From an uncultured Armatimonadetes bacterium (lineage in GTDB: Bacteria > Armatimonadota > UBA5829 > DTJY01): 64,000 nt of DNA. Below the pieces are notes generated by a model, which was not told where the DNA came from, made no database searches, and saw only the letters and a list, made by a program, of their open reading frames with translations. This document shows, one piece after another, positions 48,655-58,226 of this stretch (the stretch's first letter is position 1; each line of letters opens with the position of its first letter). The stretch is from positions 4,512,001 through 4,576,000 of the forward strand of contig OY970325.1 in NCBI GenBank assembly GCA_963717145.1. Direction: 5' to 3'. A program made the position numbers and the translations under genes.

Positions 48655-48678
48655 ACAGGTGGAGACACCTGTTTTTTT
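48655..48678 (+). terminator. Rho-independent terminator between P1 and P2
   Basis: ACAGGTG-GAGA-CACCTGT followed by a T run. Confidence 0.7.
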
Positions 48679-48680
48679 GG

Positions 48681-48709
48681 TTGACACCAAGCTCGCAGCC
48701 TGATATACT
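48681..48709 (+). promoter_or_regulatory. Sigma-70 promoter P2 of the tRNA operon
   Basis: TTGACA-17-TATACT. Confidence 0.8.
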
Positions 48710-48741
48710 TTGGCTTGTGCTCAGCTTGGTGGCGCGAGAGC

Positions 48742-48817
48742 GGGCGAATAGCTCAGTTGGGAGAGCGCTTCCCTTACAAGGAAGATGTCGGGGGTTCAAG
48801 TCCCTCTTCGCCCACCA
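48742..48817 (+). tRNA. tRNA-Val(TAC)
   Basis: Cloverleaf, anticodon loop CTTACAA, GTTCAAG T-loop, CCA end. Confidence 0.95.
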
Positions 48818-48916
48818 GGGAAGCACAGGGAAGTACAAAGTACCTGAGTACAAAGAACAAAGACTCTGTCGGCGAGGGCCGGCTCGTCTTTGTACTTTGT
48901 ACTTAGTACTGCACGT

Positions 48917-48994
48917 GGGGGTGTAGCTCAGTTGGTTTAGAGCGCCTGCCTGTCACGTAGGAGGTCGCGGGTTCGAGTCCCGTCATCCCCGCCA
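48917..48994 (+). tRNA. tRNA-Asp(GTC)
   Basis: Cloverleaf, loop CTGTCAC, GTTCGAG, CCA end. Confidence 0.95.
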
Positions 48995-49094
48995 TGTTTC
49001 AAGTACAAAGATGGGAAGTACAGAGTACAAAGACAAACCGGCCCTCGGTCCGGGTCTTTGTACTTTGTACTTCCGTACTTTGTACTCCAAGTGG

Positions 49095-49170
49095 GCCGGG
49101 ATAGCTCAGCTGGTAGAGCAGTGGACTGAAAATCCACGTGTCCCCAGTTCAATTCTGGGTCCCGGCACCA
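49095..49170 (+). tRNA. tRNA-Phe(GAA)
   Basis: Cloverleaf, loop CTGAAAA, GTTCAAT, CCA end. Confidence 0.95.
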
Positions 49171-49199
49171 GTCAAACGCCGTGACCGGCATTCCTACGA

Positions 49200-49275
49200 G
49201 CCGACGTAGCTCAGCTGGTAGAGCAGCGCATTCGTAATGCGCAGGTCGTCAGTTCGAACCTGACCGTCGGCTCCA
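49200..49275 (+). tRNA. tRNA-Thr(CGT)
   Basis: Cloverleaf, loop TTCGTAA, GTTCGAA, CCA end. Confidence 0.95.
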
Positions 49276-49324
49276 TTTCATCTTCATCCTCTCTTGTGGT
49301 AAACTCTCACAGAGGTATCAGCCC

Positions 49325-50161
49325 TTGAGCAATAGTAAGTCCCGGATTCGAAAGGCCGTCATACCGGCCGCCGGTTATGGCACGCGTCTGCGCCCGCTGA
49401 CGAATATCGCTCCGAAGGAACTCCTGCCGCTCGGTTCGAAACCGGCCGCGCAGTTCATAGTCGAGGAGTTGCACGCCATCGGGATTGAGGATATTATATT
49501 CGTGGTGTCGCCGCACAAGGCGGGGATCCAGGAGTACTTCGGCCATGCCGCCTGCGGGGGCGACGTGCGCATCAGCTATGTCTTTCAGGAGACTCAGAAG
49601 GGCCTCGGGGATGCCATACTCCGGGCGGAAGACGCGGTCGAAGGCCAGGATTTTCTGGTCGCACTCGGCGATTCCGTCATCACTCACGGCGAGGGGGAGC
49701 TTCCGGTCAAGCGGCTGATCAGCGCGTACGAGTCGAATCCCGCATCCGCGGCGATCATCGTAGAGCGGGTGCCGATCGAGGATGCGCACAAGTATGGAAT
49801 GGTGACTCCGGTCGACAAGGCCGAGGGCGCTTTCGAGATATGCGACCTCGTCGAGAAGCCGAAGCCCGAGAACACGCCGAGCAACTGCGCGATCGCCGGG
49901 CGGTACATCTTCAAGCCTGAGATATTCGAATGGATCCGGCGAACTCCTCCCGGTTTCGGCGGGGAACTCCAGATCACGGATGCGATAAAACTCAGCATGC
50001 AGAACGGTGATCGAGTGTGGTGTGTCGTTCTTGGGGACGGCGAGAACCGGTATGACATTGGGAGCATCTCCACGTACTGCCAGGCATTCACGGCCATGTG
50101 CATGCTCGACTCGCAGTTGTCGCCGGTCGTTCGTCGGGTGGTGGAAGGCAAGGCAGGCTGA
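49325..50161 (+). CDS. galU: UTP-glucose-1-phosphate uridylyltransferase-like protein
   Basis: KAVIPAAGYGTRLRP, PKELLP, VEKP, GELQITDAI. Confidence 0.75.
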   Translation: MSNSKSRIRKAVIPAAGYGTRLRPLTNIAPKELLPLGSKPAAQFIVEELHAIGIEDIIFVVSPHKAGIQEYFGHAACGGDVRISYVFQETQKGLGDAILRAEDAVEGQDFLVALGDSVITHGEGELPVKRLISAYESNPASAAIIVERVPIEDAHKYGMVTPVDKAEGAFEICDLVEKPKPENTPSNCAIAGRYIFKPEIFEWIRRTPPGFGGELQITDAIKLSMQNGDRVWCVVLGDGENRYDIGSISTYCQAFTAMCMLDSQLSPVVRRVVEGKAG

Positions 50162-51285
50162 TGCTCACGGAGGTCCGCGGGTTGAAAGTGCCGATGGCCG
50201 ATCTGAAGGGCCAATACGAATCGCTCAGGGATGGGATGGATGCCGCTGTCCTGGACGTGCTTCGGAACGGGCGGTTCATCCTCGGCGAGAACGTCAAGTC
50301 CCTGGAGCAGGAGATCGCGCGGTCCTGCGGCGCAGAGCACGGAATCGGCGTGGCCTCAGGGACCGACGCGCTGATCCTGGCGCTTTCCGCCGTCGGTGTG
50401 GGACCGGGTGATGAGGTCATCACCTCGCCGTTCACGTTCGTGGCCACAGTCGAGGCGATATGTCTCCTGGGCGCGCGACCGGTATTTGCCGACATAGACC
50501 CTCAGACGTTCAACCTGGATCCCGCCGCCGCGGAGCGAAAGATTACGGACAGGACGCGGGCCATCCTCCCGGTGCACCTCTATGGTCAGCCCGCCGACAT
50601 CAGGTCCCTTTCCCGGTTGGCCGAGAGCCACAACCTGCGCCTCGTCTGGGATGGCGCGCAGGCCATCGGCAGCGAGTATGACGGCAGGGGAGTCGGCGAC
50701 TATCCGGATGCCTTGACGCTCAGCTTCTACCCGACCAAGAACCTCGGTGGCGCCGGCGATGGAGGGATGATCGTCACAAATGACGGCGAGCTTGCGGAGA
50801 AGGTGCGGTATCTCAGATTCCACGGGAGCGCCGGCTCGTATTCCTACAAATACGTCGGCTACTGCAGCAGGCTCGATGAGATCCAGGCGGCGATCCTCCG
50901 GGTGAAGATGCCTCATCTCGATGCCTGGAACGAAGCCCGGCGTCGGAACGCGAGCGCGTATCGTGAGTTGCTGGAAGACCTGGGGATCGAGCTGCCGATC
51001 GCGGCCGCGAATTGCAAGCATACGTATCACCAGTTTACGATCAGATCAACGAGGCGCGACGAGCTGAAGAATTACCTGAAAAGCCTCGATATTGATACTG
51101 GGGTGTTCTACCCGACCCCGCTGCACCTGGAGGAAGCATATCGCTCTCTGGGGTGCACCGAGGGCGATTACCCGGAGGCCGAGAGAGCGTGCCGAGAAGT
51201 GCTCTCGCTCCCCGTTTTCCCGGAGTTGACCGCTGATCAACTTCAATGCGTCGCGTCGTCGATAAGGTCATTCCTGGAGCGGTAA
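50161..51285 (+). CDS. DegT/DnrJ/EryC1/StrS aminotransferase
   Basis: SGTDAL, PVHLYGQ, SFYPTKNLGGAGDGG. Confidence 0.95.
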   Translation: MLTEVRGLKVPMADLKGQYESLRDGMDAAVLDVLRNGRFILGENVKSLEQEIARSCGAEHGIGVASGTDALILALSAVGVGPGDEVITSPFTFVATVEAICLLGARPVFADIDPQTFNLDPAAAERKITDRTRAILPVHLYGQPADIRSLSRLAESHNLRLVWDGAQAIGSEYDGRGVGDYPDALTLSFYPTKNLGGAGDGGMIVTNDGELAEKVRYLRFHGSAGSYSYKYVGYCSRLDEIQAAILRVKMPHLDAWNEARRRNASAYRELLEDLGIELPIAAANCKHTYHQFTIRSTRRDELKNYLKSLDIDTGVFYPTPLHLEEAYRSLGCTEGDYPEAERACREVLSLPVFPELTADQLQCVASSIRSFLER

Positions 51286-51289
51286 GGCC

Positions 51290-51438
51290 GTAGGGGCGAT
51301 CCTTCCACGGTCGCCCGAATCATGTTGCAGCGCCGTAGGGGCGTGCCTCGTGCCGCCCGAACCATGACGTGACACCGTAGGGGCGTGCCTTGTGCCGCCC
51401 GATAAGACGGTTGCGGGCGGCACAAGGCACGCCCCTAC
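51290..51438. repeat. Cluster of GTAG-type REP elements
   Basis: Three direct GTAGGGGCG...CGCCC units and one inverted unit; related unit at 45172-45203. Confidence 0.85.
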
Positions 51439-51457
51439 GTATAGATAGGAGTTCAAT

Positions 51458-52501
51458 ATGAAAGCGATGATCCTGGCCGCGGGCGCAGGTTCCCGTCTCG
51501 ATCCGCTTACGCGCAATATGCCGAAGCCCATGGTTCCGGTGGTCAATAAGCCCGTCATGGAGCACATCGTCGAGCTGCTGGCGAGGAACGGCTTCTCGAA
51601 GATAATGGTGAACCTCCATTACCTCGGGGACCAGATCGAGGGCTATTTCGGCGATGGATCGCGCTGGGGAGTGAAGATTCAGTACTCCCACGAAGACCAG
51701 CTCTGGGGCGACGCGGGAAGCGTCAAGCGCTGCGAGCAGTTCTTCGACAGCACCTTCATAGTCATCGGCGGCGATGACATCACGGATATCGACCTCAAGC
51801 GCCTGGTGAAGCAGCACCGGGAGCACAAGGCACTCAGCACGATCGCGCTCAGCCTGGTGGACGATCCGACTGAGTACGGCATCGTCCTCATCAACGAGCG
51901 CGGCAAGATCACCCGGTTCCTCGAGAAGCCGAAGGGTGAGGTCATCTTCAGCAACATGGCGAACACCGGCGTCTACATCTTCGAGCCGGAGATCTTCGAA
52001 CTGATCCCCAAGAACACGTTCTACGGGTTCGGCAACAACGTCTTTCCCATGCTCCTCGAGCAGAAGCGACGCTTCTTCGGGTACCTCACATCGAGCTACT
52101 GGAAGGATGTGGGAAGCCTCAGGCAGTATCAGGACGCGCACCGGGATGCCCTTCAGGGGCGCATCAACATCAAGTTTCCTCTCCGAGAGCTGCGGAAATA
52201 CGTCTGGATGGGAGACAATGTGGATATCGACCCGAGCGCGGAGATCGGCTACCCCGTTATGATCGGGAACAACTGCCGGATAGAGAAGAATGCCAAGGTA
52301 CTGGCGAACAGCGTGCTGGCGGACGACTGCATAATCGAGGAGGATGCCGTTGTCGAGGAGAGCATCCTCTGGAGCGGCGCTCGCGTCATGAGGCAGACGA
52401 TCCTCGAGCGGTGCGTCGTAGGTTCCGGGTGCCAGGTGAAATCGAACGCGGCGGTATTCGATGGCGTCATCGTCAATCCGGCGCGTAATAACGGAAAGTG
52501 A
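51458..52501 (+). CDS. NDP-sugar synthase (mannose-1-phosphate guanylyltransferase-like)
   Basis: MKAMILAAGAGSRL, PKPM, FLEKP, C-terminal hexapeptide repeats. Confidence 0.9.
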   Translation: MKAMILAAGAGSRLDPLTRNMPKPMVPVVNKPVMEHIVELLARNGFSKIMVNLHYLGDQIEGYFGDGSRWGVKIQYSHEDQLWGDAGSVKRCEQFFDSTFIVIGGDDITDIDLKRLVKQHREHKALSTIALSLVDDPTEYGIVLINERGKITRFLEKPKGEVIFSNMANTGVYIFEPEIFELIPKNTFYGFGNNVFPMLLEQKRRFFGYLTSSYWKDVGSLRQYQDAHRDALQGRINIKFPLRELRKYVWMGDNVDIDPSAEIGYPVMIGNNCRIEKNAKVLANSVLADDCIIEEDAVVEESILWSGARVMRQTILERCVVGSGCQVKSNAAVFDGVIVNPARNNGK

Positions 52502-52508
52502 CGTGGGT

Positions 52509-52574
52509 GTCATTCTGAGCAGAGTGAAGAATCTTGCTTCGGCGGGTCAGATTCTTCGCTCAGCTCAGAATGAC
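52509..52574. repeat. GTCATTCTGA-family palindrome (copy 2)
   Basis: GTCATTCTGAGC...GAAGAATCT...AGATTCTTC...GCTCAGAATGAC. Confidence 0.8.
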
Positions 52575-52621
52575 ACCTCCGTCATGCTAATGCACGGACA
52601 CCAGGAGAAGTACCTGTCATC

Positions 52622-53380
52622 GTGGGAGACGGGAACGTAGAGGCCCGCAATTGCATAGAACTGCTCGGCGTCAGGATCGATGACGTGGATATGGCGGCCG
52701 CGCTCGAGGCCATCGAAGGCTTCATTCGCAGCCGCACCCCTCACATCGTGGTGACCGCCGACGCGTCGTGCCTCGTGCTCGCCCGGAAGGACCCCGAGTT
52801 GCGCACGATCGTCAACTCCGCGGACCTCGTCACCCCGGACAGCATCGGGATACTCCTCGCGGCCCGGCTGAACGGCAAGCCGCTGGCCGAGCGTGTCTCC
52901 GGCTGTGACATGGTTGTGCATCTCTGCGAGCGGGCTAGCAGTCTGGGACATCGAGTCTTCCTGCTCGGAGCGGCGCCCGGGGTTGCCGATGCGGCAGCGG
53001 AGAAGCTGAGGGAACGATTCCCCGGACTCCAGATCGTCGGCGTGCAGCACGGCTACTTCAAGCCGGAGGAGACCGAGTCTGTCGTAAGCGCGATACGAGC
53101 CGCCGAGCCGGACCTCCTGTTCGTGGCGTTCGGCATCCCGCGGCAGGAGAAATGGATCCGTACGCACATGGACCGGCTCAACGTGCCCGTGTGCATGGGA
53201 GTCGGTGGGAGTTTCGACGTCATTTCAGGCAATGTCAAACGTGCGCCCAAGTGGATGCAGCGTTACGGCCTCGAGTGGGTCTACCGGCTCGCGAGCAATC
53301 CGAAGAAGATCGGCAAGGTGATGACCCTGCCGGTCTTCGTGGCGCTGGTGCTCGGTTCGAAGAACATGCGCCGCTCATAG
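52622..53380 (+). CDS. WecB/TagA/CpsF-family glycosyltransferase
   Basis: ERVSGCD, HGYF, GIPRQEKWI, GVGGSFDV, KRAPKWMQRYGLEW. Confidence 0.95.
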   Translation: MGDGNVEARNCIELLGVRIDDVDMAAALEAIEGFIRSRTPHIVVTADASCLVLARKDPELRTIVNSADLVTPDSIGILLAARLNGKPLAERVSGCDMVVHLCERASSLGHRVFLLGAAPGVADAAAEKLRERFPGLQIVGVQHGYFKPEETESVVSAIRAAEPDLLFVAFGIPRQEKWIRTHMDRLNVPVCMGVGGSFDVISGNVKRAPKWMQRYGLEWVYRLASNPKKIGKVMTLPVFVALVLGSKNMRRS

Positions 53381-53397
53381 GGTCCCACACGCCGTTG

Positions 53398-53461
53398 GGG
53401 ATGGAGTTGGACTCCATCCCCGTCACTTAGTTATCTGGGGATGGAGTCCAACTCCATCCCC
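53398..53461. repeat. Pair of short hairpin repeats
   Basis: GGGATGGAGTTGGACTCCATCCC and its reverse-complement copy. Confidence 0.75.
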
Positions 53462-53504
53462 AACGGCCGAGGTGTCCCATACGTCCTAATTCCGGAGGAA
53501 AACA

Positions 53505-54422
53505 ATGCCCAATGAATCCGTTCTGATCGTCGGAAGCGTCGCCTTCGACAACGTCAAGACCCCGCTCGGCGAGGTCAACGATGCGCTCGGCGGCGCGGCC
53601 GTATACTCGTCGGTCGCCGCGAGCTTCTTCTCGCCGGTCAAGCTCGTCGGCGTCGTCGGCGAGGATTTCCCCGAGGAGCACGTCGAATTCCTTGCCTCCA
53701 AAGGGATCGACCTTGCGGGCCTGCAGCGAGTCCCCGGCAAGACGTTCCGCTGGGCCGGCTACTATGAGTACGATCTCAACCAGGCGCATACGACGGACAC
53801 CCAGCTCAACGTCTTCGAGCAGTTTCGCCCGCATATCCCGGCCGACTACCGAAGTGCGAAGTACGTCTTCCTCGCCAATATCGACCCGGAACTACAGCTT
53901 CAGGTGCTCGATCAGATCGACCGCCCCAAGCTCGCCGTTTGCGACACCATGAACTTCTGGATCGAGAGCAAGAAGAGCGCACTCCTGGAGGTCCTCAAGC
54001 GCGTGGACATCGCGTTCATGAACGATGCCGAGGCCCGCGAGTTGTGCGGCACGTCGAGTGTCATCAAGGCCGCGCGCCAGATCCGCGAACTCGGGCCGCG
54101 ATGCGTCGTCATCAAGAAGGGCGAGCACGGCGCGATGCTCTTCACCGACGAGTCTTTCTTCTCAGCTCCGTCGTATCCGCTCGACGAGGTGGTCGATCCC
54201 ACGGGCGCGGGGGACTCATTCGCCGGTGGGTTCATCGGCTACGTCGCTTCGACTGACGACATCAGCGAGGCCAACCTGCGAAAGGCGGTCGTCTGCGGCA
54301 GCACGGTGGCGTCGTTCAACGTCGAGGATTTCAGTCTCGGCCGGATGTCGACCCTGACGCGGGATGACATCTCCGAGCGGTACGGCGAGTTCCGGAACAT
54401 CTGCTACTTCGAAGGGCTGTAG
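53505..54422 (+). CDS. PfkB-family carbohydrate/nucleoside kinase
   Basis: LGGAAVY, KKGEHGA, VDPTGAGDSFAGG. Confidence 0.9.
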   Translation: MPNESVLIVGSVAFDNVKTPLGEVNDALGGAAVYSSVAASFFSPVKLVGVVGEDFPEEHVEFLASKGIDLAGLQRVPGKTFRWAGYYEYDLNQAHTTDTQLNVFEQFRPHIPADYRSAKYVFLANIDPELQLQVLDQIDRPKLAVCDTMNFWIESKKSALLEVLKRVDIAFMNDAEARELCGTSSVIKAARQIRELGPRCVVIKKGEHGAMLFTDESFFSAPSYPLDEVVDPTGAGDSFAGGFIGYVASTDDISEANLRKAVVCGSTVASFNVEDFSLGRMSTLTRDDISERYGEFRNICYFEGL

Positions 54423-54915
54423 CCGCAGGCTCTATGCCTGCGTGTGATTGTGAGGACGGCTGCAATGAACAGCGGTATAACCAGACGGGATGCGCCCTAT
54501 GTTGCGCACCCTCTGTATACGTGCGCAGGTCTTCTTAGTATTCCAGCGATGCTTGCTTTTGCGATTGCGCACGGGGTACCGAGGCCGGGGCTCTTGGAAC
54601 TGGCTGCCGGGTTGGGGTTTGGCCTGATCTCCGGTTATCTATGCTCTCGGATCTGGCTGATCGGCCTGGCTCGCATGGCTCTGAGGGCGCAGAAGGAACC
54701 ATCGATCAAATGGAGCAGCCTCATAACTGGACCGTTTACCGGGCGTGGCGCTCTCCCGATTTCTGCAGTTGTCGCCGCGATACTGATCGCTGGGCTGTTT
54801 GGAATGGGCGCGTTGATGCATCATGTGTTGGGTGCCTATCCTGATCTCCGATGGCCTGTTGTGGCATGCATGGCAGCCCACACGCATGGAGAGCAGTATG
54901 GGGTGCATTCGCGTT

Positions 54916-56318
54916 GAGTGGGTAGCAAGTAAGGAAGGAGTCTCCTGTAATAGTCGGTAATGGTTTGTTGAAGGACAAACATTCCGAAAGGAGACTCCCA
55001 GAGAATGCTTACACTTTTGCACACAGACTCCCTCCTTCAGGCCGCTCGCGACTTTGCGCGCAGCTACATCGATTGCACGGACTTAGGGTCAGCCGAGGAG
55101 CGTATTCAGATCCTGGCGCGTCAGATTGCCGGCGCAATGATGAGTGAGGTTGCCGCCAAGATGAGCGGAAAGCCCACCTACAAGGGTGTTGGGATAGAAT
55201 GCGAATGCGGCAGACTGGCCAGGTTCAAGGGATACCGGAAACGCTTCATTCGGACTTTGCACGGAGACATAGAGGTCGAGAGGTCATACTACCGTTGCGA
55301 CCATTGCAGGCGGGGCTACATTCCATGGGACCGCGAGCAGGGGCTGTCCGAGAGAGTATGGACCGCCAGAGTGAAGGAACTCACCGCCTCGATCTGCGCC
55401 GCGCTTCCATATGAAGCAGCCGCAAGGCTGATCGAGCGAACCACGGGTATTGCGATCGAAGAGAGCAGCGAAGAAGAGATAGTCCGGGATGTTGGGGAAT
55501 GCCTCCGCCGAGAGGAGCAGGAAGCGATCATCTCTGTGGTAGACACAGGTGAAGAGGTCTCCTGCGAGGCGACGCCACAGAGGCTCTACATTGGCATAGA
55601 CGCGGCCAAAGCGCACACCGATGGCCAGTGGCATGACATCAAGACCATGGTGGTATACGAAGGCGTTCCGGCTGCAGGCAAAGACACGGATACCGTCACC
55701 AACTCGCGCTACATAGCGGCGCAAGAGACGAGCGACGAGTTCGGGAGACGGGTATACACCAGAGCACTGCAAGCCGGCTATGACGGGGCAAAAGAGCGTA
55801 TAGTGATCGCCGACGGCGCAGACTGGATATGGAGAGAGGTCAGGAATCATCTGCCGGAGAGCATCAAGATCATCGACTACTGGCATGCCTGTGAGCACAT
55901 ATACGGCTTGGCGCGGACACTCTACGGAGAGGGGAATCCCAAAGGGAAGCGCTGGGCAAACGAACACTGCCGGAAGCTTAAAGAGAAGGGGCCGGGGAGT
56001 CTGCTTAGAGCCATGAAGCGGCGCAGAGCACGAAACGATTCTGAGAGGGAAGCGCTTCGGATCGAGACAGGCTACTTCAGAAAGTACCGCAAGTACATGA
56101 ACTACCCGGCATACAGGGCCAAGGGGATGATGATAGGCAGCGGTCCGGTGGAAGCGGCGTGCAAGGTGATAGTAGGCCAGAGGTTAAAGCAAGCCGGGAT
56201 GCGATGGACGAAGGACGGCGCAGATGCAGTGCTCGCGGTGAGAACTGCCCTCCTAAGCGGCGAACTGGCTCGGATCGAGCACGCAGCACGTGCCGCCTGA
56301 GCCGTGCTCTACCCACTC
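54916..56318 (+). mobile_element. ISKra4-family insertion sequence
   Basis: Terminal inverted repeats GAGTGGGTAG / CTACCCACTC flanking the transposase; no target duplication seen. Confidence 0.85.
55005..56300 (+). CDS. ISKra4-family DDE transposase
   Basis: CxC...CDHC zinc motif, ADGADWIW, IDYWHACEHI, IGSGPVEAACK, RLKQAGMRW. Confidence 0.9.
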   Translation: MLTLLHTDSLLQAARDFARSYIDCTDLGSAEERIQILARQIAGAMMSEVAAKMSGKPTYKGVGIECECGRLARFKGYRKRFIRTLHGDIEVERSYYRCDHCRRGYIPWDREQGLSERVWTARVKELTASICAALPYEAAARLIERTTGIAIEESSEEEIVRDVGECLRREEQEAIISVVDTGEEVSCEATPQRLYIGIDAAKAHTDGQWHDIKTMVVYEGVPAAGKDTDTVTNSRYIAAQETSDEFGRRVYTRALQAGYDGAKERIVIADGADWIWREVRNHLPESIKIIDYWHACEHIYGLARTLYGEGNPKGKRWANEHCRKLKEKGPGSLLRAMKRRRARNDSEREALRIETGYFRKYRKYMNYPAYRAKGMMIGSGPVEAACKVIVGQRLKQAGMRWTKDGADAVLAVRTALLSGELARIEHAARAA

Positions 56319-56504
56319 TGAGGAATTCCACCCAGCAGTATGAGGCCGCTTCATCTTCGTCGGCCCTAATGATATACTTGCTGACGTTTTGGGCGGTGCA
56401 GTGGTGCAGCATGCTGATCTGGTATCGCCAACTTCCGAGCTAGGTGTTCAGCGCAGCGTGCAACCCGCGCAGGCATCAAGCCTGCGGATACGGCGCTGGC
56501 TGCT

Positions 56505-56573
56505 GTCATTCTGAACGCAGTGAAGAATCTGGCTCTGCGCCAACGCCAGATTCTTCACTGCGTTCAGAATGAC
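56505..56573. repeat. GTCATTCTGA-family palindrome (copy 3)
   Basis: Near-identical to 21029-21097. Confidence 0.85.
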
Positions 56574-56647
56574 AGGTGCGGGGATGGCGCGGACCCCGTA
56601 GCCGCAGGCTCTGCGCGAAGCCTGACGGACCGCCGGAAGGACCGCAA

Positions 56648-57193
56648 ATGCTCTATGAGCTTCTGAGCAACGAACTGCTCGCAGTTGCGACCCTGTTTGT
56701 TGTCCAAGGGATTGGTGTGGCACTCGCGGGACCGCACACGACGTCGAAAGCAGGCTTCGTGGCAGCGGGAGTTGCCGAAGCGTTATTAGGTATTGCGTTG
56801 CCACACATGCCGTCTGCGGGGCTGTGGCTCGTTTCCGCTGTTATCGTGGTGAGTTGCGTTGGTATGTACCCTCTCGCTTCTGTATATTTTGGTTCCTGGG
56901 AACTCCGGCCCTATGCGCTGAAAGCCATACGTTCAGGAGTTGGCAGAAGAAACGTCCCTGAGCTGGTAACATATCTGGCGCTATATGGTCTCTCATGGTT
57001 TGCGCGGGAGGCGAATCTGATCTCACTCATTGCCGCCAATATGTGGGGTGTTCTAGCCGCGATCAGTGCCCTGTGGCTGCTTGATCCGCGAGTCTCCTAT
57101 GGACTGCAAACGAAGAGGGCGATCTACACAAGCGCTCTCTGGCTGACACGAGCAGTATGCGGTATGGCGCTGTACCAATCGATCTTTCGGTGA
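56648..57193 (+). CDS. Hypothetical membrane protein
   Basis: Multiple hydrophobic segments; GAAGGA RBS. Confidence 0.55.
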   Translation: MLYELLSNELLAVATLFVVQGIGVALAGPHTTSKAGFVAAGVAEALLGIALPHMPSAGLWLVSAVIVVSCVGMYPLASVYFGSWELRPYALKAIRSGVGRRNVPELVTYLALYGLSWFAREANLISLIAANMWGVLAAISALWLLDPRVSYGLQTKRAIYTSALWLTRAVCGMALYQSIFR

Positions 57194-57198
57194 CGCTG

Positions 57199-57912
57199 AT
57201 GAGCCATCCTGTCGTCGAGGTTATCAACGGCCTGTTCGATCTCGTCTACCCGCCGAGATGCCTCGCGTGCGACACCCTCGGCGAGGACTACCTCTGCGAC
57301 GCCTGCCTCAAGCAGATCGAGCGCGTCCCACAGCCCGCATGCCGTCTCTGCGGACACACCCTCATGACCTCCGACTGCCACAACTGCGCGGACAGGGTGC
57401 GCTCGTTCACGTCGGCCAGAGGCGCGGGTGTCTATGAAGGAGTCCTCCGCGAACTGGTCCAGGAGTTCAAATACAACGGCAAGCGAATGCTCGCGCGCCC
57501 ACTCGGCGACCTGATGTTCGCGTACCTGGAGAAGCACGCCGACTTCCCCTGGCGCAAGGCCGACTGCATCATCCCCGTGCCGATCCATCCGCGGAGGAGT
57601 CGCTTCCGGGGCTACAACCAGAGCGAACTCCTCGCCCGACATCTCTCGGAGCGAACCGGCATCCCGCTGGTGACCGGCCTGCTCATCCGTCGGCGCTACA
57701 CGAAGCCGCAGGTGGAGTGCTCCCGTGATGAGCGGCGCAGGAATCTGATCAAGGCGTTCCGCGTCCTGAACCCCGTCCCGATCTGCGGCAAGACCGTCAT
57801 CCTCATCGACGACGTCTCCGCGACCTCCAGCACGATCCACGAGGCGAGCATCGCCCTCCGCCGCGCCGGCGTCGAGCGCATCTTCGCCCTCTGCCTCGCC
57901 TACGGCGGCTGA
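57199..57912 (+). CDS. comF: ComF-family protein (zinc ribbon + PRTase)
   Basis: YPPRCLAC..., RGYNQSELLA, ILIDDV. Confidence 0.9.
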   Translation: MSHPVVEVINGLFDLVYPPRCLACDTLGEDYLCDACLKQIERVPQPACRLCGHTLMTSDCHNCADRVRSFTSARGAGVYEGVLRELVQEFKYNGKRMLARPLGDLMFAYLEKHADFPWRKADCIIPVPIHPRRSRFRGYNQSELLARHLSERTGIPLVTGLLIRRRYTKPQVECSRDERRRNLIKAFRVLNPVPICGKTVILIDDVSATSSTIHEASIALRRAGVERIFALCLAYGG

Positions 57913-58226
57913 TCCCATAGTTAGCCGGCAACCCACTGCCCACCAAGACGGCCAGTGGTTTGACACAGACCGCCGAAGGTGAAAGACTGTGACCGATTAA
58001 CCCATCACCAATCACACGATGAGCTTACATTGATGCCTAGTTTCGTATGGCCTTTGAACTGGGTACACATTCTGCGCTGAGTTGGGCAGATGCTCTGGGC
58101 ACACATCCTCCGTGACGCGTGTGTCCGACGTTCTGCTTCAGCATTCCAGTGTGAACGGCCCGCGCTCGTGTAAGAAACCGCGCAATCTGTTCGCCAGCAA
58201 TCCAGACGACTTGGAGGAAGAGACGC

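Larger units (their letters stand above)
54444..56443 (+). pseudogene. Membrane protein gene interrupted by an IS (54444-54915 + 56319-56443)
   Basis: Removing 54916-56318 joins ...VHSR-L-RNSTQQ...WYRQLPS* in frame. Confidence 0.7.

Noticed and set aside
48742-49275. tRNA cluster as an integration site
   Set aside because: No duplicated tRNA 3' end or integrase seen in the window.
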